A stretch of DNA of 64,000 nucleotides from an uncultured Syntrophomonadaceae bacterium (GCA_964436815.1 CAYTER010000002.1:15401-79400); one strand, 5' to 3'; shown: positions 50,140-59,659, counted from the first letter of the stretch. Notes: generated by a model from the letters alone, not told the origin. Numbers and translations are program-made.

Positions 50140-50856
50140 TCAATTCTTGATTACGGCCAGAAACCAAATTTGCCCTCCGTAAATCAAATCAAAATCACTG
50201 ATCATAAAACCGCTTTCTGTCAAGGCTGCTTGTATTTGATCTTTATCAAAGAAGAAATACTTTTTATTCTTAATAATAATCAGGTTCACCAGGGAGAAGA
50301 CGATTACCGGCACTACATACAAGGTCAACTGTCCGATCAGGAATAATAACCAGCTTTTTGGCTTTTTCTGTTTTAAAACGGCAATATGTTCATGGATTAC
50401 CGGTAACAGTTTTGGTTCCTGGTAGGGTGTGGCTAAAATCAATTTACCGTTCTTTTTTAGCACCCGATTAAGCTCATTGAGCAAATCAGCCGGCTTATTC
50501 AGGATATAGAGGACATTAATGCAGACCAGGCCATCAAAAACCTCATGGTCATATTTTAACGGTCTGTTAAGATTACTGCTCTCAAGAACAACTCTTTTTT
50601 CATATCCGGCCAGCTTTTTCTCTGCCCGTTTAAGCATGGCGGATGAAAAATCGATTCCTGTAACCATCGCCCCTTCACTTCTGCGGCATATTTCTGCAAT
50701 CAAGTTGCCGGTGCCACATCCGGCATCAAGGTAAACTCCATCTTCGCCTGGATCCAATGCTGTAACTACTTTATCGATCATCTGTCGGTAGGGGATAAAA
50801 CGTTCTAGGATGAGATCATAAACGCAAGCATATATCTGCCAGATTAGCTTCTCCAC
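50140..50856 (-). CDS. Class I SAM-dependent methyltransferase with a hydrophobic C-terminal membrane segment
   Basis: SAM motif I is YLDAGCGTGNL, and motif post-I is the acidic ITGIDFS. A C-terminal TM helix is WLLFLIGQLTLYVVPVIVFSLVNLIII. Confidence 0.8.
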   Translation of the reverse strand: MEKLIWQIYACVYDLILERFIPYRQMIDKVVTALDPGEDGVYLDAGCGTGNLIAEICRRSEGAMVTGIDFSSAMLKRAEKKLAGYEKRVVLESSNLNRPLKYDHEVFDGLVCINVLYILNKPADLLNELNRVLKKNGKLILATPYQEPKLLPVIHEHIAVLKQKKPKSWLLFLIGQLTLYVVPVIVFSLVNLIIIKNKKYFFFDKDQIQAALTESGFMISDFDLIYGGQIWFLAVIKN

Positions 50857-51112
50857 TTTTTCACCTGCTTGCAGAAATCAATTACCGGTCTTTTTCGATG
50901 CCTCTATTTTTTCCAAAGGTAAATAATTAAACACTGGCATCAGGTTTTCCTTTAAGTATAAGCGTATTTGAAAAATTTTTTCATAATTAAAGCTATTATA
51001 CACTTTTTTAACCTGCGCAGAATTTTACCATACTTAAATCCGAATTATGATAGAATCAGTGGTGAGTTTATACAGAGTTTATTAATCAAGGCACACTAAC
51101 AGGAGAATATTC

Positions 51113-53230
51113 ATGGATAAAATCTTCTACCCGGATTCTATTGTCATCATCGGCCTTTCATCCAAGCCAACCAATATACCGCGGCTGACCCTCGAAAACC
51201 TGCTGCGTTGGGGGTATAGAGGCAGAATTTTCGGAGTTAATGCCCGCAGCGAGGACCCCCATGTAGATGGGATCAGGATGTTTAAAAATGTAGAAGATTT
51301 GCCGGAAATTCCTGATCTGGCATACTGCATGATCCCCGCCCCATTAATTCCGGAGATGGTCGATCGCTGTGGCAAGTATGGAATCAGGCGCATGGCCATC
51401 CCTTCAGGCGGCTTCTCTGAATTCAGCGAAGAGGGCCAGGCTCTTGCCAGTCAGCTCTTAAATACAGCGCGCAAATATGGCATCCGCTTTGTGGGACCAA
51501 ACAGCGTTACGGTTGCCAATACTGACAATGGGCTGTGCCTGCCTTTTGTCGCTTTACACAAAGCTCCAAAAGGAGAAATGTCGATCGTCTCCCAGAGCGG
51601 TGGAGTAGCTTTAAGTATGCTTAACTACCTGGCGGATGAAAAGATCGGATTGGCTAAGTTTGCCAGCATCGGCAACAAGCTTGATCTCGATGAAGTTGAT
51701 TTTCTTGAGTACTTGGGCAAAGATCAGCAAACCAGGGTTATTTGCCTGTACCTTGAAAGTATAAACCGTGGCCGCAAATTAATAGAAACGGCAAAAAAAA
51801 TTAATAAACCGATCGTTGTTTACAAATCAAATACCACCAGCGCCGGGAAAAGAGCAGCGATGAGCCATACCGCCGCTTTGAGCAGCGATGAAGCGATCAT
51901 TGATTCGGCCTTCGAGGAAGCCGGAATTATACGCATCCGGGATTTTTTAGAATTTATCGAGGTGACGAAAGCATTTCAATTGCCGCCGATGAGAGGCCGG
52001 CGCATTATGGTCATGAGCCCTGCCGGCGGATTTGCCGTAATGGGTGCTGATTTATGTGAAAAAGCCGGTTTCGAATTTGCCGACATGGGCAAAGATTTTT
52101 ACGAGAGCCTTAAACAGTTCAGCAACGCCGGGGTGATCAATTTTTCAAACCCGCTGGACATGGGCGATATCTACGACCCGAAACTGACAGCCCATGTCAT
52201 TTATTCTGTCATGCACTCCGACCAGGTTGATGGATCAATTTATATCAGCCAGAGACCGCAGATGCCCCAGGGTGAAAACGTTTTTCAGAAAATGTTTTTG
52301 GCCGATATCTCCATGGAAGCATGGGGCTCGATTCTTTCTGCCGGAAAACCGCTGGGTATCTGCCTTTTCGGCCCATCACGGGTAATCCAGCAGGCCAAAC
52401 GCTATGTTGAGTTTCCTATTTTTAACAGCCCGGAAGAGATGATCAAAGCCCTGGCTTCCCAGATGAAATTTTACGAGCGGCGCAAACAGCTCAAAGAGCA
52501 AAAAGATCTTGTGCCGCCAGCAGGGATAGATCAGGAAGCTGCCTGTCACTGGATGCTTGATAAACAGGGCGAGTATGGTGAGGAGGCCTTTGCGCTTCTT
52601 GAAGCTTACGGCATAAAAACTGCAGCCTCACGAACCGCGGTTGATGCGGAAGAGGCTGTCGTTCATGCCCGGGAGTTGGGCTATCCGGTTGTGATGAAGG
52701 TTGTATCGCCCGATGCCCTGCACAAATCAGACGCCGGCGGGGTTCTTTTAGGTCTTAAATCTGACCAGCAGGTTGCAGAGGGCTTTTTAAGAATAAAGAA
52801 AAACCTGCATAAATTTAATAAAAACGCTCTTTTCGGCGGTGTGAGAATTCAAAAGATGGCCGGTCCGGGCTTTGACCTTTTTGTCGGCGGAAAACAGGAT
52901 CCTTCATTCGGTCCGGTAGTTTTCTTCGGTTTAGGGGGTATATACATTGAAGCTTTCAAAGATGTGGCCAACCTGCTCTGTCCGGCCCGTCCGGAAATAA
53001 TTGAAGAGAAAATGGCTACGCTAAAATCAGCAACTTTACTGTCCGGACTCCGTGGAGAACCGGCTGGCGATCAGAGCGCCTTTATTGATCTGGTGGTGCG
53101 CACCGCCAGGATCCTGGCTGATTTCCCTGGCATCAAGGAACTAGACATTAACCCCGTCAGGGTTTTTACGGAGGGGGAAGGTGTGATCGCCCTTGATACC
53201 AGGTTACGGATCAGCCTGACCGATCACTGA
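51113..53230 (+). CDS. ADP-forming (NDP-forming) acyl-CoA synthetase, fused alpha/beta (CoA-binding, CoA-ligase and ATP-grasp domains)
   Basis: 705 aa. The N-terminal CoA-binding region is IVIIGLS...GRIFGVN, with succinyl-CoA-synthetase-like and C-terminal ATP-grasp domains. GGAGAA RBS upstream. Confidence 0.8.
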   Translation: MDKIFYPDSIVIIGLSSKPTNIPRLTLENLLRWGYRGRIFGVNARSEDPHVDGIRMFKNVEDLPEIPDLAYCMIPAPLIPEMVDRCGKYGIRRMAIPSGGFSEFSEEGQALASQLLNTARKYGIRFVGPNSVTVANTDNGLCLPFVALHKAPKGEMSIVSQSGGVALSMLNYLADEKIGLAKFASIGNKLDLDEVDFLEYLGKDQQTRVICLYLESINRGRKLIETAKKINKPIVVYKSNTTSAGKRAAMSHTAALSSDEAIIDSAFEEAGIIRIRDFLEFIEVTKAFQLPPMRGRRIMVMSPAGGFAVMGADLCEKAGFEFADMGKDFYESLKQFSNAGVINFSNPLDMGDIYDPKLTAHVIYSVMHSDQVDGSIYISQRPQMPQGENVFQKMFLADISMEAWGSILSAGKPLGICLFGPSRVIQQAKRYVEFPIFNSPEEMIKALASQMKFYERRKQLKEQKDLVPPAGIDQEAACHWMLDKQGEYGEEAFALLEAYGIKTAASRTAVDAEEAVVHARELGYPVVMKVVSPDALHKSDAGGVLLGLKSDQQVAEGFLRIKKNLHKFNKNALFGGVRIQKMAGPGFDLFVGGKQDPSFGPVVFFGLGGIYIEAFKDVANLLCPARPEIIEEKMATLKSATLLSGLRGEPAGDQSAFIDLVVRTARILADFPGIKELDINPVRVFTEGEGVIALDTRLRISLTDH

Positions 53231-54180
53231 CTTCTTTTATGGCGAATCAAACCGGAACAGGGGATAATCTCAACCCCTTTATCCTCCAGGCCATCCAGCA
53301 ACAGGTTCATGCCCAGCGAATCGCTGGCAATGTGACCGGCAATTACTACATTGATATGATGTTTCTCTGCTTCCTCACGGTGCTTGTCACTCATATGCAT
53401 GCCGACAATCGTTCCCACACCGGCCTGGGAAAGCTTCGCATATGATTTTTCCGAACCGCTTGTCCCTCCGGTCATGTCAACCAAAACTTTCCCGGCGCGG
53501 TTTTCCTTACTGCCGAGAACGATATCCGGTCCGGCGCTGTATTTTGTGGCTTCCGCATACTCCGGGATATCTTTCAGCAATTTGATGATGTCGCCAACAG
53601 TACGCGGCTCCTCCCGCTCAAAAATATCCTGCAGAAATGCCGTGACCTGGTTATCAGCCACGGTATGCGAACAGGCTATCGCCAAACCTAACAGCTTTGC
53701 GGCATCGATTGCCCGGTTATGGTTTACCGGCATTAAGCCTCTTTTAACTTCGCTAATCCGTGAAGACATCAGTGCTTCGGCCACGTTGATCGGCACTCCG
53801 AAGCGGGCCATGATATCTTCCTGCAGGTGCATAACATAGTGCAAATCGGCAAGCGCTTTGCCTTCCGGGTGATGGGCGAGGATCAAATCAATCGGCTGCC
53901 CTTTCTCACCCAGTCGCTCAGCCAGCAGCACTTCGCCAACTTCAATGTCAATTCCGACCATCATCCGCTTTACTTCTTTTTCCGGATCACCATAAAGAAC
54001 CCGGGTATCACTGTACGGGTTGGTCAGCCTCTCCAAATCATATTCTTTTTTTTCTTCGTCTTTAAGCCCTTCGTATTTTTCCTTTTCCCTGCCTAAAGCT
54101 TCCTTTACTTCCTCCGGTGAACGTGGATCTTTTTCAATACCATGCCTGACCAGATAATCGTAGATTTCCCTGATTTTCAA
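53224..54180 (-). CDS. Nif3-like dinuclear-metal-centre protein (YqfO/NIF3 family)
   Basis: His-rich metal motifs ILAHHPE and VIAGHIASDS. I placed the start at a TTG behind AAGGAG. The track ORF extends to 54255, into the upstream gene. Confidence 0.55.
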   Translation of the reverse strand: MKIREIYDYLVRHGIEKDPRSPEEVKEALGREKEKYEGLKDEEKKEYDLERLTNPYSDTRVLYGDPEKEVKRMMVGIDIEVGEVLLAERLGEKGQPIDLILAHHPEGKALADLHYVMHLQEDIMARFGVPINVAEALMSSRISEVKRGLMPVNHNRAIDAAKLLGLAIACSHTVADNQVTAFLQDIFEREEPRTVGDIIKLLKDIPEYAEATKYSAGPDIVLGSKENRAGKVLVDMTGGTSGSEKSYAKLSQAGVGTIVGMHMSDKHREEAEKHHINVVIAGHIASDSLGMNLLLDGLEDKGVEIIPCSGLIRHKRSQ

Positions 54181-54211
54181 TTTCGTCACTCCTTGCTTTA
54201 AATTAAACCCA

Positions 54212-55477
54212 TTAACGTCCGGCAATGGTCCGTACTGCGCTGACCAGGCGATCAATTTCTTCTTGAGTGTTATAAGGAGAAAGGCCTACCCTGACCAGTC
54301 CGCCGGCCTGCATCAAACCCAGGATTTCAACCAGCCGGATCGCATAAAAATGGCCATCCCAGACAAAAAGGCCCTGTTCACCCAGTTCTGCTGCAACCTT
54401 TTCCGCATGAACTCCTTCGATGGTAAAAGATACCGTGGAAGTGCGCGGGCTACCGGCAGGCGGGCCGTAAACCCTAACCCCTTTGATTTCATTCAGGGAG
54501 CTGATTAATTTGTCGGCAAGCGGTTGTTCATATAGCTCCAGCGCCTTCATTCCGGCGATGATGTTACAGCGGCGTCCGGACCAGTCTGGATTTAACTTGC
54601 CGATTTCAGCAGGATTTCCAAATCTTTTACCCAGGTCGGCAATAAACTCAACGGCTTCGCCGGCTCCGGCTATACCTTCATGGTTCAGGGTTCCGGTCTC
54701 AATGCGATAGGGGATCTGTTCTGACTGAACCCTTAAGCGATAGGTCGGCAGATTTTCAAAATGTTTGCGTTTTCCATAAAATACCCCGATGTGGGGGCCA
54801 AAAAATTTATAGGCTGAGCAGATTAAAAAATCTGTATCAAGCTCCCGGACATCGACCGGGCCATGCAGGGCGTAATGAACCGCATCGACAAGCGTCAGGG
54901 CTCCAACCTGATGGGCCGCCTGAATCATTTGACGGACATCGCTGACTGTGCCGATACCATTTGAGGCATAACTGAACGCTGCTATCAGGGTTTTTTCCGA
55001 TAGCTTCTGCTTAAAATCGTCGAGATCAAGGGTGCAGCTTTCAGGATCGAACCGCGCTTCCTTGATCGTAAAACCTTGTTCGGCCAGCGCCAGCCAGGGT
55101 CCGCGGTTAGCTTCATGATCAATTTCAGTAATCAGGATCTCGTTGCGGCCGACCGGTTTACGGCCGAGAGCTAACGCAAGCTGGTAATTCATCGTGGTCA
55201 TATTCTGCCCGAAAGCCACTTCATCGGCATCACAACCAAGAAAATCGGCTAGCGCCTGGCGCGCGCCGCTGATCACCTGATCGCTGTTTCTGCTGGTTAA
55301 AAATCCACCACCGGCATTGGCATTGCAGCGTATCAGGTAATCGACCATAGCATCAATCACCCGCTGTGGAACCTGTGTTCCGCCGGGTCCGTCAAAAAAA
55401 GCTGCCTGCTGGCCATTGACCTCCAGATCAAGCGCCGGGAATTGTTTTCTGACATAATCTACATCGTAGTTCATCAA
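54212..55477 (-). CDS. Class V PLP-dependent enzyme (cysteine desulfurase/selenocysteine lyase/C-S lyase-like)
   Basis: 421 aa fold-type I aminotransferase. The PLP Lys is in SAYKFFGPHIG, and the conserved DAVH is present. Confidence 0.75.
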   Translation of the reverse strand: MMNYDVDYVRKQFPALDLEVNGQQAAFFDGPGGTQVPQRVIDAMVDYLIRCNANAGGGFLTSRNSDQVISGARQALADFLGCDADEVAFGQNMTTMNYQLALALGRKPVGRNEILITEIDHEANRGPWLALAEQGFTIKEARFDPESCTLDLDDFKQKLSEKTLIAAFSYASNGIGTVSDVRQMIQAAHQVGALTLVDAVHYALHGPVDVRELDTDFLICSAYKFFGPHIGVFYGKRKHFENLPTYRLRVQSEQIPYRIETGTLNHEGIAGAGEAVEFIADLGKRFGNPAEIGKLNPDWSGRRCNIIAGMKALELYEQPLADKLISSLNEIKGVRVYGPPAGSPRTSTVSFTIEGVHAEKVAAELGEQGLFVWDGHFYAIRLVEILGLMQAGGLVRVGLSPYNTQEEIDRLVSAVRTIAGR

Positions 55478-56910
55478 TTATTATCACCTGTTTCTTTAAT
55501 TTTTAGATGCAGCAGTTCAGCCTTTTCTTTCCAGCTCCGGTATCTTTCAGAGTCCCAGGCAGCAGGATAATCAAGATAATGTTTGTAGATTTGAGCGGCT
55601 GAAGTAACCGCAGTGTTGAGTTTTAGCAACAGCTTGGGTTTTCCCAACCCACCGGTAAATGCCTGAAGCTTCTTCCCGATGCCGGGTAGTTTAAACTTAC
55701 CGTTAACTGCGTATTCCAGTGTTTCAGCATCGAGCAGTTCACGGGCAAAAAGAAAATCAAGTTCACCGTGGTTCAGGGTTTGCAGCATCGTTCTCAAAGG
55801 GGTCAGGGCGGCAAAGGATGCGCCGCGCTGTCCGGCACGGAAAAACCTGGCATTAATCGGCCACAACCGCTGCAGATCGATCACGCCCTCCCGCGCCGCC
55901 CTGATAATTTCATCTGCAGACCAGAGAGCGGACAGGATCGCCGAACCGGCTCCACAACCGGTTGTGGGAACTGAAGTTGAAGCAGCATCGCCTAAGACCA
56001 GAAAGCCTTTGGCTACAAAGTTCGTCAGCGGCCGGCCGACAATGCACAAACTGCGGCCGCCACGCAATTTTTCACTTTTTATTGCGGGATGGCGGCTGAT
56101 AAATTCTTCAATTAAAGCTTTTGGGTCAGGCCTATCCGGAACATTTTTAACCCCTGCCCCGATATCGATGGTTTCTCCATTATGAATGTGTGACCACTGG
56201 TAACCCTTGTGGAATCCGTAACGATAATAATCCGGAACGGCGTTTTCCCCTGAGCTGCCCGGATCGTAAAGCCTTACTTCCCTGTGAACCAGGGCAAAGT
56301 CATCATCTGAAAACTGATCGGCTAACCCGGTTGACAGAGGCAGGCTGGTGCGCAGCACAGATTTAAAACCGGAAGATTCCACCACCAGGTCTGCTGTAAG
56401 TTCTTTTTCTTCACCGGTTTCTGAGTCAGTCACACTCACCCCGTAAATTTCAACCGAATCCGGGCCATAACCGCTCTTTTCCCGGTAAAGAAGCTTTTTG
56501 CCCTCCTGCCTGTAATAGATCTTCGCTCCCTTTTCGAGGGCCTGATCAACCAGTAACTGCCCTAAACGGCGGCGATCGGTAGTGATCATCTTAAATGCCA
56601 CTGCTTTACAGTTTAGCAGACCGGGAGAACAAAGCAGCAGGCGGGGAACAGCATGTTTCTCAAATATTCCGGGAGCGCCAGGCGCTTCCTTCACCAGTTC
56701 ACCGACCCAGTTCAATCCTTCAAGGTGTGGCATCGGCAGTCCGGCTGCCTTAAGCGCAACGATCTCCACGGCGTCAGACCAATCGTGCCCAAGATCTTCG
56801 TAGCTGCCTTTCTCGTAAATTTCTACGGTGATACCCTGCCCGGCAAGTTCACGAGCCAGAATTACCCCTCCCGGACCGGCACCAATGACAATCACCCTGA
56901 AATTATTCAT
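55474..56910 (-). CDS. FAD-dependent oxidoreductase (geranylgeranyl-reductase/halogenase-like flavoprotein fold)
   Basis: 478 aa with the N-terminal dinucleotide fold VIVIGAGPGGVILARELA...EIYEK. It overlaps the downstream PLP-enzyme start by 4 bp. Confidence 0.65.
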   Translation of the reverse strand: MNNFRVIVIGAGPGGVILARELAGQGITVEIYEKGSYEDLGHDWSDAVEIVALKAAGLPMPHLEGLNWVGELVKEAPGAPGIFEKHAVPRLLLCSPGLLNCKAVAFKMITTDRRRLGQLLVDQALEKGAKIYYRQEGKKLLYREKSGYGPDSVEIYGVSVTDSETGEEKELTADLVVESSGFKSVLRTSLPLSTGLADQFSDDDFALVHREVRLYDPGSSGENAVPDYYRYGFHKGYQWSHIHNGETIDIGAGVKNVPDRPDPKALIEEFISRHPAIKSEKLRGGRSLCIVGRPLTNFVAKGFLVLGDAASTSVPTTGCGAGSAILSALWSADEIIRAAREGVIDLQRLWPINARFFRAGQRGASFAALTPLRTMLQTLNHGELDFLFARELLDAETLEYAVNGKFKLPGIGKKLQAFTGGLGKPKLLLKLNTAVTSAAQIYKHYLDYPAAWDSERYRSWKEKAELLHLKIKETGDNN

Positions 56911-56924
56911 CTGAACGGTTCCTT

Positions 56925-58355
56925 TCAGCTTTTTATACCACAGTGCATCTTGATCAGGCGCTTGCAGGAATCGATATCATAATTGTTGCGAATGGCAATT
57001 CTTTCCATAATCGGTGAACCGCCGCCGTGCAAACCCCCGACCAGGGCTACACCGGCATGGGCGCAGCAAAGCATATCTGATAGGGTTCGATAAAGCCGGT
57101 GTTGATCCTCAGCTGTAACTCCATCCCTGCGCATAATATATTTGTCCATAAATTCTTTGGTTTCATCGGCAAAAAACTCTTCCTCATAAGGCAGGGTAGC
57201 CGGCAGCCCGCCAGCCAGATCCGCCAAGGTTTCATACTCGTGGTAAAGCTTGACCCCGGCATGATAGCGACCCACATTAGTGTAAATAATATTAGGGATA
57301 TGAGTGCCCGAATTAGCCGGGGTAGATTTTACCGATGCGGCAATACCGGCAGCATAAACCAGTTCACCGGTGGCAATCAAATCAGACAGTTTATCTTTCA
57401 CATGCGAGGCTTCTCCCACGCCATTGTAATCAGCCACCAGGGCCGCCGCGCCCAGGATCAGGTCAGTCATGGCCGGTTTACAGCCCGTATAACTATGGCG
57501 GTGGTAGGTGGCGAAGAGCATCGCTAAAATGCTGGCAAAATAGGTTTCACCACATAAAAATACCCGATCCCACGGGATAAGAACATCATCAAAGATGGTC
57601 ATCGAATCGGCCATGCCGAAGAAATGCTTGGTTTTAAGCAGTTTTCGTTCACGTGGAGTAGTAATACGCACCACCTGCCTGATTCCCGGGGTATCCGCCG
57701 GTATGGCAAAGGCAACAGCCCAGTCGGCATCTTTATCGGTCATCAGGCGGGTCGGCACCGCTACAATCTCATCTGAAAAGGGCGCATTGGAATTATGCGC
57801 TTTGCAGCCACGGACGACAATTCCATCTTTTTTCTTTTCGACCACTCTTAAGTAGAGATCGGGATCGCTCTGTTCGAAGGGCCGCTTGGAACGATCGCCC
57901 TTGACATCGGATTGAGCGCAGTTACCTACCAGGTTATTCTTCTGGAAATACTTCATAAACTCAGTAAAACGCTGATAATATTCTGTGCCAAAAGCATCAT
58001 CGCAATCCTTGGTCACCACCGATATGGCGTTAAGGGCGTCAATACCCATACAGCGCTGAATGCAGCCCCCGGCCTTGCGGCACAAGTGACGGGTTAACTC
58101 TTGCTTTTTAAGCAGATCATCCGAGCTTTGATGGATATGGCAAAGGCGGTGAATCTCCTCACCTGTAAGGTGGGAAGTAGCCGTTATTAAGTTCTTTACA
58201 GCGGGATCATTGACCTGCTCATAACTTTCGGCAATCAAATCCAATCCCGGCTTTAAACGTGGATCATCCCTGCCGATCAGCTCTCCGCCCATGTATATAT
58301 TCTTCCGCATTTTATACATTCTTTCCCGATACTGGTCAGCGGTGCAGATACCCAT
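56925..58355 (-). CDS. 4-hydroxybutyryl-CoA dehydratase/vinylacetyl-CoA isomerase (AbfD)-like or HpaB-family enzyme
   Basis: 476 aa. The Cys98-x3-Cys102 pair (CIQRC) and a downstream H-x6-C (HSYTGC) match the spacing of the [4Fe-4S] ligands in AbfD. The acyl-CoA-dehydrogenase-like fold suggests FAD. Confidence 0.65.
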   Translation of the reverse strand: MGICTADQYRERMYKMRKNIYMGGELIGRDDPRLKPGLDLIAESYEQVNDPAVKNLITATSHLTGEEIHRLCHIHQSSDDLLKKQELTRHLCRKAGGCIQRCMGIDALNAISVVTKDCDDAFGTEYYQRFTEFMKYFQKNNLVGNCAQSDVKGDRSKRPFEQSDPDLYLRVVEKKKDGIVVRGCKAHNSNAPFSDEIVAVPTRLMTDKDADWAVAFAIPADTPGIRQVVRITTPRERKLLKTKHFFGMADSMTIFDDVLIPWDRVFLCGETYFASILAMLFATYHRHSYTGCKPAMTDLILGAAALVADYNGVGEASHVKDKLSDLIATGELVYAAGIAASVKSTPANSGTHIPNIIYTNVGRYHAGVKLYHEYETLADLAGGLPATLPYEEEFFADETKEFMDKYIMRRDGVTAEDQHRLYRTLSDMLCCAHAGVALVGGLHGGGSPIMERIAIRNNYDIDSCKRLIKMHCGIKS

Positions 58356-58383
58356 CTATTCATCTCCCCTCATTTAGAAGCTT

Positions 58384-58794
58384 TTATTTTAAGGCTATTA
58401 CTTCAATTTCAACCGGAAATTTACCAGGCAGTTCTTTAACCGCAACGCAGGAGCGCGCCGGTTCATTGGCTGTGAAATAAGTCTTGTAAACTTCGTTCAT
58501 TGCGCTAAAATCTCCCATATCGGTGAGAAATACCGTTACCTTGATCACTTTATCAAGGCTGCTTCCCGCCGAATCAAGAATTAGTTTGATGTTTTCCAGA
58601 ACCCGCGCTGTAGCTTCCTTAATGCTGGAACCGGCCGGTTCGCCGCTCTGCGGATCGACCGGAACCGTTCCCGAGAGAAACAGCATCCCTCCAGCCTCAA
58701 CTGCGTGTGAATAAGGCCCTGCTTTAAATAATCCTTCAATGTTAATACATTTCTTCTCCATATTCCTTCGCGACCTCCTGATTATAGATGCCAT
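58384..58794 (-). CDS. RidA (YjgF/TdcF) family reactive enamine/imine deaminase
   Basis: 136 aa chorismate-mutase-like fold with typical RidA motifs (GPYSHAV, VKVTVFLTDM). Confidence 0.85.
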   Translation of the reverse strand: MASIIRRSRRNMEKKCINIEGLFKAGPYSHAVEAGGMLFLSGTVPVDPQSGEPAGSSIKEATARVLENIKLILDSAGSSLDKVIKVTVFLTDMGDFSAMNEVYKTYFTANEPARSCVAVKELPGKFPVEIEVIALK

Positions 58795-58870
58795 AGTAGT
58801 TATTAAACTTTCAATTGTTTCAACAAAATTCCTGCTTATGTTACAATGTGCATATGCGGGGGTGGTAAAA

Positions 58871-59596
58871 ATGTCTTACGGAGACGATTATCAAAGGCTT
58901 AGTAAATATGATCGCCAAAAACTTTCCGGTAAGACTCTCGACTGGGAGCATAAACCGCCGCTTTACAAAAAGTACCCACCCGGGTTAAAGCGGATTGAAC
59001 TTGAAAAGCCCGAACAGGAGGGCGGTGCGCCCATCTTCAGCGCTATCCGGCAGCGCCGCTCGGAAAGAAAGTTTACACCAACGGCAGTAAAAGATACCCT
59101 TCTATCGCAAATCTTATGGGCGGTGCAGGGGATTACCAGGATAAACGAGTACCACCAGTTTCGCGCTGTCCCTTCGGCCGGGGGGCTTTTCCCGATCGAA
59201 ACTTACTGCGTAATTAACCGGGTAGATCAGATCGAACCGGGAGTATACCATTACCAGGTGCCCTATCATAGCCTGGTGTTAATAAAACCAGGCAGCTTCG
59301 GAGAAGAACTGGCCCGAGCCGCCCTCAGTCAGAGGATGATCAGGGATGCTTCTTTCAACCTGGTCTGGAGCGCCATGGTTGAGCGTTCAAAATGGAAGTA
59401 CGACCAGCGGGCTTACCGCTACATCTACTTAGATGCCGGTCATATCGGACAGAATGCAGCCCTGGCTGCTGTGGCCTGCGGTTTGGGATCCTGCCAGATC
59501 GGCGCCTTTTTCGATGACGAGGTTAATGAAATTATTGAGGTTGACGGTGTCCAAGAAACAGCTATTTATATGACCGCTATCGGCCCTGTCAGTTAA
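58871..59596 (+). CDS. SagB-type dehydrogenase / nitroreductase-superfamily protein (stand-alone)
   Basis: FMN-nitroreductase fold (RRSERKF, SAGGLFP). I placed the start at MSYGDDY, behind GGGGGTGG. The track ORF from 58739 adds a hydrophobic extension that overlaps the RidA promoter. Confidence 0.7.
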   Translation: MSYGDDYQRLSKYDRQKLSGKTLDWEHKPPLYKKYPPGLKRIELEKPEQEGGAPIFSAIRQRRSERKFTPTAVKDTLLSQILWAVQGITRINEYHQFRAVPSAGGLFPIETYCVINRVDQIEPGVYHYQVPYHSLVLIKPGSFGEELARAALSQRMIRDASFNLVWSAMVERSKWKYDQRAYRYIYLDAGHIGQNAALAAVACGLGSCQIGAFFDDEVNEIIEVDGVQETAIYMTAIGPVS

Positions 59597-59617
59597 CTGT
59601 TAATATTATGGCCGTGT

Positions 59618-59650
59618 CAAAAAAGCGCCGGGTTATTGCCCGGCGCTTGT
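59618..59650. terminator. Bidirectional terminator between the convergent SagB-like and PBP genes
   Basis: AAAAAGCGCCGGG-ttattg-CCCGGCGCTT. A 9-10 bp GC stem flanked by an A-run and a T-rich tract. Confidence 0.75.
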
Positions 59651-59659
59651 CTAATATAT

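Noticed and set aside
53224-54255. 44-bp coding overlap between the Nif3-like and class-V PLP genes, as called by the ORF track.
   Set aside because: A TTG start at 54180 with a well-placed AAGGAG RBS removes the overlap. The first ~25 codons of the track ORF are probably not translated.
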